From Botryllus schlosseri (Eukaryota): a stretch of DNA of 64,000 bases. Each line of letters opens with the position of its first letter. The stretch's first letter is position 1. The translations under genes and the position numbers were made by a program. Below are positions 41,745 through 53,725 of the stretch, in pieces. The notes beneath the pieces were generated by a model. It was not told the origin of the DNA. It saw only the letters and a program-made list of their open reading frames with translations, and did not search any database. The stretch spans positions 11,160,001-11,224,000 of the forward strand of contig CM119386.1 of assembly GCA_051294905.1 (NCBI GenBank), in the 5' to 3' direction.

Positions 41745-41870
41745 CTTGCAGGTTGTTGCTCCAGTCAGTGAGTACTTTAGTTCCATTGGGCAATGATAGC
41801 AGGTCATCGCATTCGTGCGACTATGGTGGACTGTATAACTGGAAGGCCATGACCAGCAATAATCCTGTAT
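41745..41870 (-). pseudogene. Cys-rich fragment resembling GCC2/GCC3 (ephrin-receptor-like) repeats inside the P-like element
   Basis: YCWSWPSSYT..TNAMTCYHCPMELKYSLTGATTCK resembles two CxxCPxxxYxxxGAxxC units. Confidence 0.4.
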
Positions 41871-42675
41871 CCCGATTAGTAATATTGTCGCTCTAAGCCA
41901 AAATTTATATTGCAGCATATATAAGGTATATTTCGTTTGAAGGTCGCCCATTTATAAATATTTCGTTTTAATGTCGTTGAAATACATACTACACTGGTGG
42001 AAATCACACACAGCCAAATAATTCTCGTGAAATAACCGTTAAAAGTCGAAATATAAGGTCGGCAAGCAGGGATTTACATTACGGTAGGTTAGCGCCGACG
42101 GACTTTTGTGCAACATTTTGCGCTCCAGTACTGTCATAACATTGTGCTTATTAGTCGGACGACTTGTCATAGTTGAGTGACTTTGGTGTTGATTGGGAGT
42201 TGCTCAATGACTGACATCCTAAGCTTGTTGTTATTGTTATATTCTTTATTCGCAATTATTAATATAACATATTATATCTTACATTTTGGTGGCATAGGCA
42301 ATAGATATGTTATCAAGATATTGGGTACGGTACTGTGATATTGTATTAGTTATCGATCGTGAATATCCGATTAACCGCTGCTGCTGAGAATTCAGTTACG
42401 ATTAATCTATTTTCGAGTTGCTTCAAGAGCCTGTCAACGTCGAGTTTTAAAACAGTCCTTGCTCGCAGACTAAGTGATGTGTTTTCAAAAGCTCCTAACT
42501 CTGCCATATGTGTATAGAAACTACCGTACCATTCATCCTTGTTCCTTTCACAAAGGAGATACTATATTCAACAGGTCTGATGATAATTTAATAGAATCTG
42601 AAACTTTCTGCTATTACGGTGTTATGCCTGTTACCGTAAGCACAATATTGTCCACATATATTTGAAATGGTCTAT

Positions 42676-44585
42676 TTATAGTTCATGCTTGTAATTTGAA
42701 GTTATGTCCTGGTCCGTTCGTTTGCGGGACAGTGATTTGGTAGTCCCAACTTTTGCCATCTTGTTAATTTTGTTCCGTAGACTATCGTCAGCCATCCTTG
42801 TTTCTTTACTGTAGAGGTTACTCTCCAAATGATACTCATCAGACGTTGATGGGTTTAATATAACCTCTTTTTCTATCGCCCACATTAGCAGAAGAGAAGA
42901 TGTTGATGTATGAAATTTCTGAGCCGTTTTTCTTAAGTCAACTGATCCCAGGATTGAATTCTTGGTTGTCTAAAAGGATTGAGAATAATAAATGTCATGT
43001 TTATTTTCTGTTTAGTATGGTATCTATAGAGGCCTATCTGATGATTGATGTAATATTGTCGTAGTGCCAATGTGAAGAGTTGAGACAGTGTCATTAGGTT
43101 AAATAGTGCCATGCTTTCTTGCATATTACATACAATTGATTGCTGGGAACTTACCATTTCTACTCTCATTCTGTGAAATCCAAATATTCCGTAAGCCATG
43201 TATCTGATTCCCAGCTCTTTGCAATAGTGGCGAATCTCTTCATCTGGATGTAACAAATCAAACCAATTTTCAACTACAGAAAGGCCATTTTCCGCCATTG
43301 AATTTATAAGATCTAATTCTGTGGCGTTTTCAATGTTAGAAACCCCGATGGACCGTACCATTCCTCTTGTTTTAAGTGCAGTCAATTCCTTCATTGTGAT
43401 ATGAATTTTCTGAAAATCCTTCTCGTTGTATGGTAATTCTAGTAAAACTAAGTCAATGTAGCTAGAATCAAGTTCCTCCAGAGATTCTATTAAAATTGCT
43501 TCGATTCCACCTTCAACGGCGATTGTGGTCTGATTAATTTTTATTGATATGAAAATTTCATCTCGCTTGGTTTTTGTCTTCTCCATATTATTTCTTATAT
43601 GGTGCTCCAAGGACAGATTGCCAGTTTCGTTTGATTTTACGATGTGAAAAAGTTTATACCCAATCTCCAAAGCTCTACTTATAACCGCTGATTTGTTGTG
43701 TCCAAGACTGTAGGTTCCCAATCCTATTGGTGGTATGAAATATCCGGTGTTTAACGAAAGGCTGTTTGCTTCGTGAGAGAGGGATGTGTTTCTACCCTCA
43801 TTCCTGTCTTGAATGACTGATTTTAGCGTCAATGGGCTGCAATGTATTGTCCTTTTGAGGTTTGCTTTCCAACTCATTTTCACTGCAAGGAATTTACCTA
43901 CTGGTGTAAGTGAACATGAATTGAATCCGTAAGGTATATATATCAATTCTCCTTTCTGAAAAGTGTCCAAACAATGCTCCCTGCTGCTGTGCAGTAGCGC
44001 AACCCGTAACTTTCCTGATATGATTAGTAGGTAACTTGGTCCTTGAATTGTCAATCGTCTGATGTTTTGCTCGTTGGTAAAGTGCAGCGAGTAAGCGACA
44101 CTATTCAAAAAGTCATAGTATAGGTCCCGGCAAGATAATGTTGGGATCGGTGTTGGTATAGAATCTAGCAACATCACTTGTGACATCCCAATATCCTTTT
44201 CAATTGTGAGTGGCTTGTCGGTTTCTTTCATGTCCTTCAATGTGATTGTTGATGGAACCCAATCATCTAGGTAGTTAATTTTTATAACTTTTGCCATTGC
44301 TATGCCATCATTCTGCCAATAATTATAGAGACGCCAATCATTATAGTCATCTGTGAATTTCACTATTTTCTCTCCCATGTAGAAATCTCTTGCAAATTCT
44401 GGTCCACTCATCTGATGCTTGATACTGAATATGCATGTATCTTTTACAGTATTGCAGCTCCCGCCTGACATGAGACCCAATGTATGATAGATAAAAATGC
44501 ATTGGAAGATTTTGGAGTGAACGTACATGTTACTTAGCCTTTCAAAGATGCAGCTCTTCTGCCAAGCTATAGAAACATATGCCAT
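42676..44585 (-). CDS. Cupin/JmjC-like + aldo-keto reductase fusion protein with C-terminal KHEL, 574 aa (555 aa from Met at 44528), 2 exons
   Basis: Exon 44585-43155 (donor GTAAGT), 185-nt intron, exon 42969-42676 (acceptor ccttttAG, phase 0). The splice restores the AKR C-terminal strands (LRKTAQKFHTSTSSLLLMWAIEKEVILNPSTSDEYHLESNL). AKR motifs: IPPIGLGTY, ALEIGYK, SLEELDSSYIDLVLL, GMVRSIGVSN. Cupin-like motifs: GPEFARDF..DWRLYNYW and KGELIYIPYGF. Confidence 0.85.
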
Positions 44586-45243
44586 CGCTCACCATATCGG
44601 CATCACGTAGGGTGTCAGTATAATTTAATATACCACCTATCAGAGGAACTTTGGCAGCTGTTTGTGTAATCTTGAGGCATCATGATTTCCTGTAAATTGG
44701 TACGCCATATTTAAAGATGACTAAACTGGTTTTGATGTAGGCTACTCAGGACCAGATAAGTCTTATCAGGTAGGCCTACTCACATTTTGAAGGTAATTGC
44801 ACCAACGTCTTTCATTCATTCGTTTATTTATATTTCCATCATTTCAAAACGGTAAAATGTTTATTTAGTTTTCCTGGCCAGTCTAGAAAGCTAGATTAAA
44901 TTTGTTGAACCATTGTGGAAACACAATCTGAAGTCATTAACAATCTCCAGAAACACCTGGAAGTGATGACCATGAAACCACAAGTAGGCCCACTTGTAAA
45001 TACTTGATATGCACAATTTTTCTGATCGTAATATCACATGCTTTCTCTTGCTGCGCTACTGTACCAGTACTCTATGTATTATAAATGAACTCGCACATCA
45101 ATTCTGATCTAAATTAATAAACTGACATATTCAAATTTTATGCTTACATTACTGCCTGAAAAGATTCATCTATCAATTGTTTTTATAGTTATATTACATA
45201 AGTCGAAAGAAATTTGATCTCGGACCAGCTTTTACCTGATTAG

Positions 45244-45732
<489 letters not shown>

Positions 45733-46801
45733 TCATATTTGTGTTCTGCTTCTGACAAATCTTTTATTGTGAGATACGATGAAATTTACAGCTTTTAACG
45801 TCACATGTAAGCACTTAAGAATGTTAAGATTGATGTTGCATATACTGAAATTGGCCTATCTTGTAAACATGTGATATTTGTAGCATTTATGACAACTTAC
45901 TGGCACAGTTTTCATATCAAACGTTGCTCAGTCATTTCTCATGACATGTTGCACCAAAGGAGTGTCCCTTCGATGCAATATCTTGTCATTGCTTCACCAT
46001 GGTTCAGGTTCATTCTATTTCACTGTTGATGGTATGTATTTGTATATCCTTTTTCAAGTCTTTGTTGCTTCTATACAGGCATATTACTAGTTGGATGGAT
46101 GAATAGAATTTGTGATTGTAAAGTATGAGTTGTCACCAATTATGGAATTGTGACAGGGAGGTACCATACTGGTGGGTGGTCCCGTCATAATCAGAGGTGG
46201 TCACTGGTCAGTAACGAAGTACTTCTACTTTTTCGAAGTACTCAAGTAGTTTTCCGCTACTGGCGGTACTCAAATAAATCTGATTTCTTCTACTTCGTAA
46301 AATTTTGTGATCTACTCACTTACTTCTCGCTATTTTCAGTTTGTCAAGTGGAAGTAGTGTAATCCTCTAATCAGAAAGATAGCCTGACGAATTTTTTTGG
46401 TTTTTTTTCTCGAGTACCAACATTTAATTTTCATAAAAGTTAAGTAAAGACCAAAATTTTTGTCGCGCTTCAATCACGGTACATATATGGAGTGACAAAT
46501 ATGTTTTATTATCGGTGAATATACTTTAGGTTGTGAGGTTCCGTTCATGACGCAATGTCGCGCATATGAAATATTTCATCATAATAAATATGGCCCATAC
46601 ATTTAAAACTACCGTTTCGCAATCGAGCAATTACCTATCATATCGTAATGTCGCAGCCCATGGCGGGTTTCCTAATCTGGAAAAGTGCGGACTCAGACTT
46701 TTTTGTGCGTTAGACCTGTTTTAGCAGAACACCGTTAACTTTCTGGACAAAAGACATAAAATATATATACCGCTTTTTGGATGTAGTATTCCCAGCATTA
46801 G

Positions 46802-48807
46802 CAGGGCCGTAACTGCCGCACCCCAAACCCCCCAATTGGGGGGGGGGCGAGCTCGAAGGGGGCCCAAAATTATTTCATGAATTAGCATAAATTGTAGAGT
46901 ATTTTTTGAAAATTTGTGCAGCATTTTCAAAAAATTTTCGTGCTGCGCGCGATTCCAAGTTGCCAAATTTCCTTATTATTGGGTACTATTCCCCCAAGAA
47001 AAAAATACGCAACATTTATAGAAATGGGCATATCAGCGTTGGCCATTACCGCGCCACGACGAACCAAGACGTATAAAGTCTTAGACCATGCAGTATGCGA
47101 CTCCAAGAAGTGTGCCAGAACGATTGGCAGCGAGAAAACTTCGGCCGAAAGGGACTGTGACCGAAAACTTCGTTATATATACAAATTACATATAGGTTTA
47201 ATTGTCCATAGGCGCCTGAATGACTGGCGCCGAATGTCTTGGCAACCTTAACCTCACAAGACAAATACCATCCCGCAGAGAAAAATTATATGGCAATGAA
47301 GAAATACCAATTTGAAATCGTACATTTGGGCGATTCTGTATTTTTTGATATAGCAGATAGGAGGTCACGAAATAACATCATGTAACGAAGTCATACCAAC
47401 GGGTACGCCGCCCGAATATGTTTAATTGATATTTACTTGCTCTACAGTTTCGAAAACACCTCACTAAGCTATACCGGTAAATATGAGTACAAGAAATTCA
47501 TAGCAATATATATGGAATTCCCGATCTTATTGACCGATTTATCATGAATTATCGAAAATTTTCGCGCATGGCGCTGGCTCACGAAACGGTACCACTATAA
47601 CAGGGCCGGCCAATCCGTGGCCCACGAGAAGGTTTTGAGTGGCCCGCGATGTAATTTCCGAAATTTCTAATATCAAAAATGAATTGCACAGATTGTGAAC
47701 TTGCAATGCCAACCAAAAATTTGATGAGTCTGGTCGCAACACTTGAGATGTGATGACTAAAATATCAGTTCCGACGCATTGACAGATCCATCAGCCAGTC
47801 ACATATTGGTATATCTTCGTATACACTACAATAAAGCAGAATAATTTGCGATAGATTTATCAGAAGTAAAAATTTTCTACAAGCTTAGCGCAACATGTTG
47901 TCACTTGATTCCTTGTTTTTAATATTGTTGCCCTTTTTATGAAAATGGAAAAACGCCTAATGTATCAGATTGAGTCGAACTATATTCGCGATTACGGGAC
48001 AAAGTGTCGTTCAACATATGCGACCTTGCGTTTGCGCTCGCAGTAAGATCGTTGACTATGAAACCTAGGCACGGAAAGATTGACGCTTGTTGGTCGCAGC
48101 TTTCGATATCGATATGTCCATGCGCCGAATAGCCCAGTCCTTGCAAAGTCAGCCCAGCGATATACGGCAGGCCCGCAATATACTCAAATGACAATATTAT
48201 TGACCTATGAACTTCAAAAAAATTCGCGCTTCGCGCGGTAAGTGGCCCGCGCAATATTTCGTCAATCGAATGTGGCCCTTTGGCTGAAACGGTTGGCCAG
48301 CCCTGCACTATAACTTCGTGGTAAAAGTGAACAACGTGATGAGGGACGGTTTATCACCTAATGGAAGCCCATGACTCAAGTTTTTTGGGGGCCTGACGAA
48401 GTGCTGTTTCGTTCCTGTCAACGGGTAGGCCTATACAGTATACTTCCGGAGATGTTTAGCTATTGAGGGTTCTTACCTTTTCAAACACACCTCACTCAGC
48501 TCTACCGGTAAATCAGATTACATGAGCAGAGAGAGGGTAAAAATTAATACGAATATATATGCAATCCCCGATCATATTGACAGATTCAGTCATGAATTAT
48601 AGAAATTTCTACGCGCTTCGCGCGTTCAACCGAGAAAAGCTGACTCACTAAATGGACACCCAATGTAGATGACATGTAGCAGTAAACAGCGTATAGCCTG
48701 AGGGGGGGTCTGGGGGGCAAACCCCCCCAGAAGTTAGGTTTATCACCCTATGGGGGGCCCAAAGACCAACGTTTGGGGGGGCCTGACGAAGTGCTGTTAC
48801 GGCGCTG
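46802..48807 (+). mobile_element. Composite CAGGGCCGTAAC-family MITE carrying a nested hAT MITE and an internal duplication
   Basis: CAGGGCCGTAAC ... GTTACGGCGCTG. The 5' part is homologous to 62363-62912 and, reversed, to about 61420-61500. Internal paralogy between 47440-47590 and 48480-48630. Confidence 0.65.
47601..48305. mobile_element. hAT-type MITE, 705 bp
   Basis: TIR CAGGGC(C/T)GGCCAA; perfect 8-bp TSD CACTATAA. Confidence 0.92.
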
Positions 48808-48954
48808 CGCAGCATAGGCGCAGACTTACGAGGTGGCGGCCACCTCGTACAAAATGCTCAAACGCCTAAGTGATTTGTGACCAGTAATTATAGTAATCAG
48901 ACGAATCGATGCGACCTCGTCAGAGATGTTTTCGATTTCGATACACGCGTGTGC

Positions 48955-49809
48955 CAGGCGCGTAGCCACGGGGGTTTCGGGAGTCGAACTTCCCTATTTG
49001 AAACGCGAAACCCCGTCATTTTGAAATGATCATCCTAACTCTAATAATCAGTTGCAATTCAATAATTGTGTTATCAGTGTTCCGCGCAGCTGATTTGCGA
49101 GAAACGTGTTGTCAATTAGCGAGAAGAGTCTGTGATGATCTCCGGCTGAGATGGTCTCGAAATTAGGTCATTCGTTCCCGTTCTTGTGTGCGTAGCAAAC
49201 GTCGCTAGCCTGATTTATCGAGTCTCGATCAAGCCTGGTTCCGCAGGCTTGAACATGAACATTGTTCAATCGCATCTGCATTGGCGGCTTCGGCCTGGTG
49301 TGCACTGTGCACGATATCACCGCTGGTCTACACAATAGCATCTGCAATAGGCCTGGAGTGGAAGTTATCATTGCTGGCCTAACTATCGCGTCTCGTGCCT
49401 AGCATGCTTTGGCTCCTATCTCTCGCTGGTTTGGAGACAATGCGGTCGAGTTTACGCTAATTAGTGATTGTTTTATGTCATATATTGATTAAAAAGCGAC
49501 ATCGCGAAACTGAATAACATCGAATCGCTGCAAACAGACTTTAACGTGCGTAATTAATTCCCGCTAATACTTGAAGATGTGTATCAATCGTGGCTCAAGT
49601 TCTGAAAGACGACAAAGGTTTGAAATCGGTGCCATCAAGTTCGGACATTTTGATTTGCGAAAACTGTCGCCGGGACTGCGTAATACGCGCGCGTATTTAA
49701 TTGTTCACCAGAGATCAGGGACTCACTAATTGACAGCACTCCCGCAATTGAATTGATGCTATATTGGTAAATTCAAAACCCCCTAATTTTTCGACTGGCT
49801 ACGCGCCTA
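48955..49809. mobile_element. hAT-type MITE, 855 bp
   Basis: TIR (C/T)AGGCGCGTAGCCA; perfect 8-bp TSD GCGTGTGC. Confidence 0.9.
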
Positions 49810-50327
49810 GCGTGTGCTGAGAAGCACCATCCTAGATCCCCTCTTCCTGCCAGGCGCCCAAATAGACGTCCTGCTTTTCTGAAATCTAAATTATGTGCGC
49901 TCATGTTCGTTTACAAAACCATTCATGATCTAGCTAGCTTCGTGATAGTCTTGGTAATCGCAGCGCGAAATTGGAGGGTGTGTTGGTGTGTGCCTGCAAA
50001 TTGGAATTCATTTCTTCTGCGCATATTCGTTTCTCTAGCAAGGCTTTGCCAGTGAGATTAATCGGGAAATGCAGCAATACAGCTTAAACACCGATATAAT
50101 GAGAAAAAAATTGCCGCGACGAAAGCTACTCAATACGGTGTCAAACTCAAAACCCATTCGTGGCGACACTGATTAGAATACACGCTTTCTCGTTTGCAAT
50201 CAACCATATTTCTTGTTGTCTACTTGATACATTCGTACTACGAAATTGTCGCACGAAGTCATTTTTCAGTGTTCCTTTCGTTATTAACGTGCAGTAGGCC
50301 AGGTGCTTTTCAACCTGTGTGACGGTT

Positions 50328-50415
50328 CGCACTAGTGCGAATGAAAAAAATTTCGGTGCGAATGACGAGCGTGGTGCGAATAGTGCGAATGAAAAATCCG
50401 GATGAGTGCGAACGA
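50328..50415. repeat. GTGCGAAT motif cluster, probably a transposon subterminal array
   Basis: Five GTGCGAA(T/C) copies and one inverted copy within 90 bp. Confidence 0.6.
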
Positions 50416-51834
50416 AAATTGTCCATGTTTCTCACTTTTTCCGTCGTGGAATAATTCAAATAAACACGATGTTAAGTACAGTGAGCCCGTAAATTTTGTC
50501 GTTTGGAAGCAATTCTGAAAACTTGTTGGTAGCTAGGCTTTTCTAGTTCACAAGTGAGGAACGCTCCCGGTGCGTGTATAATGCAAAGTTTGAGATAACA
50601 TTTCCGCGCGAGGGGATTACGTCACTGCATGGAAAAAAGAAGGAGTTCAATCGGTATCAGTTGCTCACTTGCTCGGAAGTATCCACCGTATATGGTCGTG
50701 TTTGTATACGGACCTTATTGTAGGAATGTAGGTGATAGTAGCTGATGCCAGTGTTGACGTTTGGCATATTTGAATGCAAAATATTGGAATTTTGGCACAC
50801 ATCCATGTTGGCTAACAACAGAATTTACCGTTCTTCAACTATAACAATTAGCACATTAGATCTATAGCAAGTGTTGTTTACTCGTGTACCTAACCAAGGA
50901 TTAGAGGCTGTTGTAAATAAAATTAGTGTAAGCATAGGCGCCGACTTTTATTTTTACATGGGGTGGCGAGATGAAAAAAGCGAGGGGTCTAAAATTGTTT
51001 CAAATTTATCAAGCCAGCATCAATTTACAACGGTTAAGCACATGCGTAAATGCTCATAATACATGGATAGGACAAGCTTCGTCGTGTTGACGAATTAACG
51101 CGCATAAGTGCGCGTAAGCTTGCCAGCGAGTCCAGCGGTTAATTAGCGATTCCTCGATCTCGCTCCAGTATCAACAATTCACCAATACGCGCGCGAACAA
51201 TTGAATACGCAACCTCGCTGATGACGAACAATTTCACAACTTAATACGACTGAAGTCTGCCGTGGAATCGGTTCTGTAACGGCACCGATTTCAGGTGATT
51301 CAGGCCTGTCGTATCTTTTGATAACTCGGCCTTGACACACCCTTCTGATGTTTTAGTATTAGCGCTAATCAATTACGTCCGTTCTAGTCTGTTCGTGGCC
51401 AATTGCGCAGATTCAAAGTTATTTTATTCCACGCAGTCACTCTTAAGCCAGTATGACATAACAATCGCATAAGTAGAGATAGCAGGCAAATCATGCGAGG
51501 CCTGAAGCAGTCCCTATAATTTAGGCCAGCGTAGTTACTAGTAATGACATGCGCCAGTCCTGCTGTAGACTCGATAGTTCAGGCTGGTAACGATATCAGG
51601 CCTAGCCTGGTACACCTGATAGCTCATGCCAGTGATTATAGCGTGCAGGCCTGCATGCGGACGCGCTAAATCAGACAAGAGACGATAGCGCACGTCAGAT
51701 GTCAATGACCCATTTTGCATACAAATTATTCTCGCTAATTTGCCGTAGGCAGCATCGATAATACGAATTAGTGAATTGGCATTTCAAAAGGACGGGATTG
51801 CTAGTTTTAAATGAGAAACTCACTGGCTACGCAC

Positions 51835-52351
51835 CAGTGATGAGCGGATAGTGCTTTTTGAGACTTCGAATCCCTCCGACAACTTTAGTGTCTGAGGAAA
51901 ACTCCCTCCGACTCCGAAGAGCTTAATCCCAGACTCCGAGATACTCCGATGAATCTCGTCAAGTAACCGAAACAGTGGCAAGCATGGTACATGGTACACA
52001 TGGTACAACATGGTACATGTGATAATATGGTTGGTCTCATAGTATTGTTTACTCTCCAGTCCCCAATTGCAGCGCAGATGGCTGATTTTTATGCGCTTGG
52101 CAATCATTTTTGCATGTTACTCGTCATATTACAACTTCACAAGGTGTCAACCGTCTGTGTTTTGGTTTGTAATCATAATCAATAGTGTATTCTGGTCCGA
52201 GCTATCCAAAGATATCGGAGACAAAAGTTACAATACTCCGAAATTCTCCGAAAAAATATCTGTAGTGAACTCCGACTCCGCTCCGACTGTCACAAAATCG
52301 GCAAAACTCCGCTCCGAATTCACTCCGACTCCGCTCCGATGCTCATCACTG
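51835..52351. mobile_element. hAT-type MITE, 517 bp, with CTCCGA subterminal repeats
   Basis: TIR CAGTGATGAGC; perfect 8-bp TSD CTACGCAC. Confidence 0.92.
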
Positions 52352-53339
52352 CTACGCACCTAGGGTTTTAATACCGACAACGCGCTGCTTACTTTCAGCC
52401 CGGGGCCTACGTAGGTCCAGATAAGCCAGTCGAATTTGATCGTGAAACAGAGCGATTTCAATTATCCAGGTGTGATTGCAGCAAGAGCAATATGGGCGCA
52501 TGCCGCAACCTTATCAATAGAAATACAAATCCTGATGGTTTGAAAGTCGATCCGCGATATGGTTGCGCCCAATAGAGTCCGCCCAGCAATGAAGTTTTTT
52601 GGTTTCCGCTCAAACTAATCGAATAAATTCCGAATTTGCGCCACGAGAATCTTTTGTTGCATCAATACTTGACGACGTAATTCAACGCCGCGCACTGAAC
52701 AATGCGCAGTATCAATAACAAATCAAACACTGACAAGACAAGTGACATCGAGGGAATGCGAGTGCATAAAACAGACAATAATTAGCAGCCTACAGATTAT
52801 AGCAAACGAGAAAGCGCGCATCTAATCAGTATAATTCCGTCCGAGTCTGACATCGCGACAATTGTTTGCTCATTATAACGACGTTTGCGCTGCATTGCTG
52901 CATTTCCCGATAAAACTTAGCAAAACCTTGTTAGAGTAATGAATGTGCGCACTTGGCGCAGCAATGGCTTTCAATTCGCAGGCATACACATTACACAAAC
53001 ACACTGTCGTATTTCGCGCTCCAATTAAAAAGACTCACGAAACTGACTCAAAAATTATTTTTTTAACGAACTTGCGCGTAAATACATTTTGATTGAGGGA
53101 AGAAGAACGTGAATTTGGTCGAGAGAGGAGACAGTGGCCCATATTCAAGAAACCTTACTCGGTGCTCAAACTCATTTTGCGTCAACATTGCGTAAGAATC
53201 GGTATTCAGAAAGCGAGGCGAGAGAACGAGTTTGAGTTCGACTGGAGTCGAGCTTGGCGCTCTTTCGAGTTGTACTTTTGTGGTTATGGTATCCCAGCAA
53301 ACACAGGTACAGACTAGGAATGAAGAAAATCCGTTTTTA

Positions 53340-53700
53340 TTTGGGCGTGGCGGGAATGTAAGAAGACCCTGCCTTGTCGACTCGTTTCACCGTACTTCCA
53401 ACGCTCTGCGAGATGGTGCATAAGGCCCCTTTTTCACGTACTTCCTACAATCTGCGAGACTGTCTTTATTACGGCTTGGCGAGAATGTAAAAAGATTATC
53501 CCTGCCTTGTCGACTCGTTTCTAGGTACTTCCTCGTAATGCCTCGTTACAACGTACTTATAACGCTCCGCAATACTGTCAATACTGCAGGCAAACATGAT
53601 CTTGAGAACAAACAAATCATAGCTTTGAATTGCTGTTATTAAAAATTCAAACGAAAAGAAAGAACGTTAAAAAATTCAAACGAAAAGAAAGAACGAACGA
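53340..53700 (+). repeat. Short local tandem duplications downstream of the DUF4806 stop
   Basis: Two copies of GAATGTAA..CCCTGCCTTGTCGACTCGTTTC..GTACTTCC and two of AAAAATTCAAACGAAAAGAAAGAACG. Confidence 0.75.
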
Positions 53701-53725
53701 AAAAATAACTTTCATTTCAGCAAGC

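Larger units (their letters stand above)
39033..42185 (+). mobile_element. Non-autonomous P-element-like DNA transposon, 3153 bp
   Basis: Perfect 31-bp TIR CAAAGTCACTCAACTATGACAAGTCGTCCGA (39033-39063 and 42155-42185). Perfect 8-bp TSD GTGTTGAT (39025-32 and 42186-93). A 22-bp subterminal inverted repeat with 2 mismatches (39075-96 and 42106-27). Decayed THAP-like start near the left end. Confidence 0.85.

Noticed and set aside
42933-44585. The 550-aa ORF as an intronless, possibly horizontally acquired AKR
   Set aside because: Its last 73 codons read into a 185-nt GT-AG intron and the wrong frame of exon 2. Splicing restores the missing AKR C-terminus, so this is an ordinary spliced gene.
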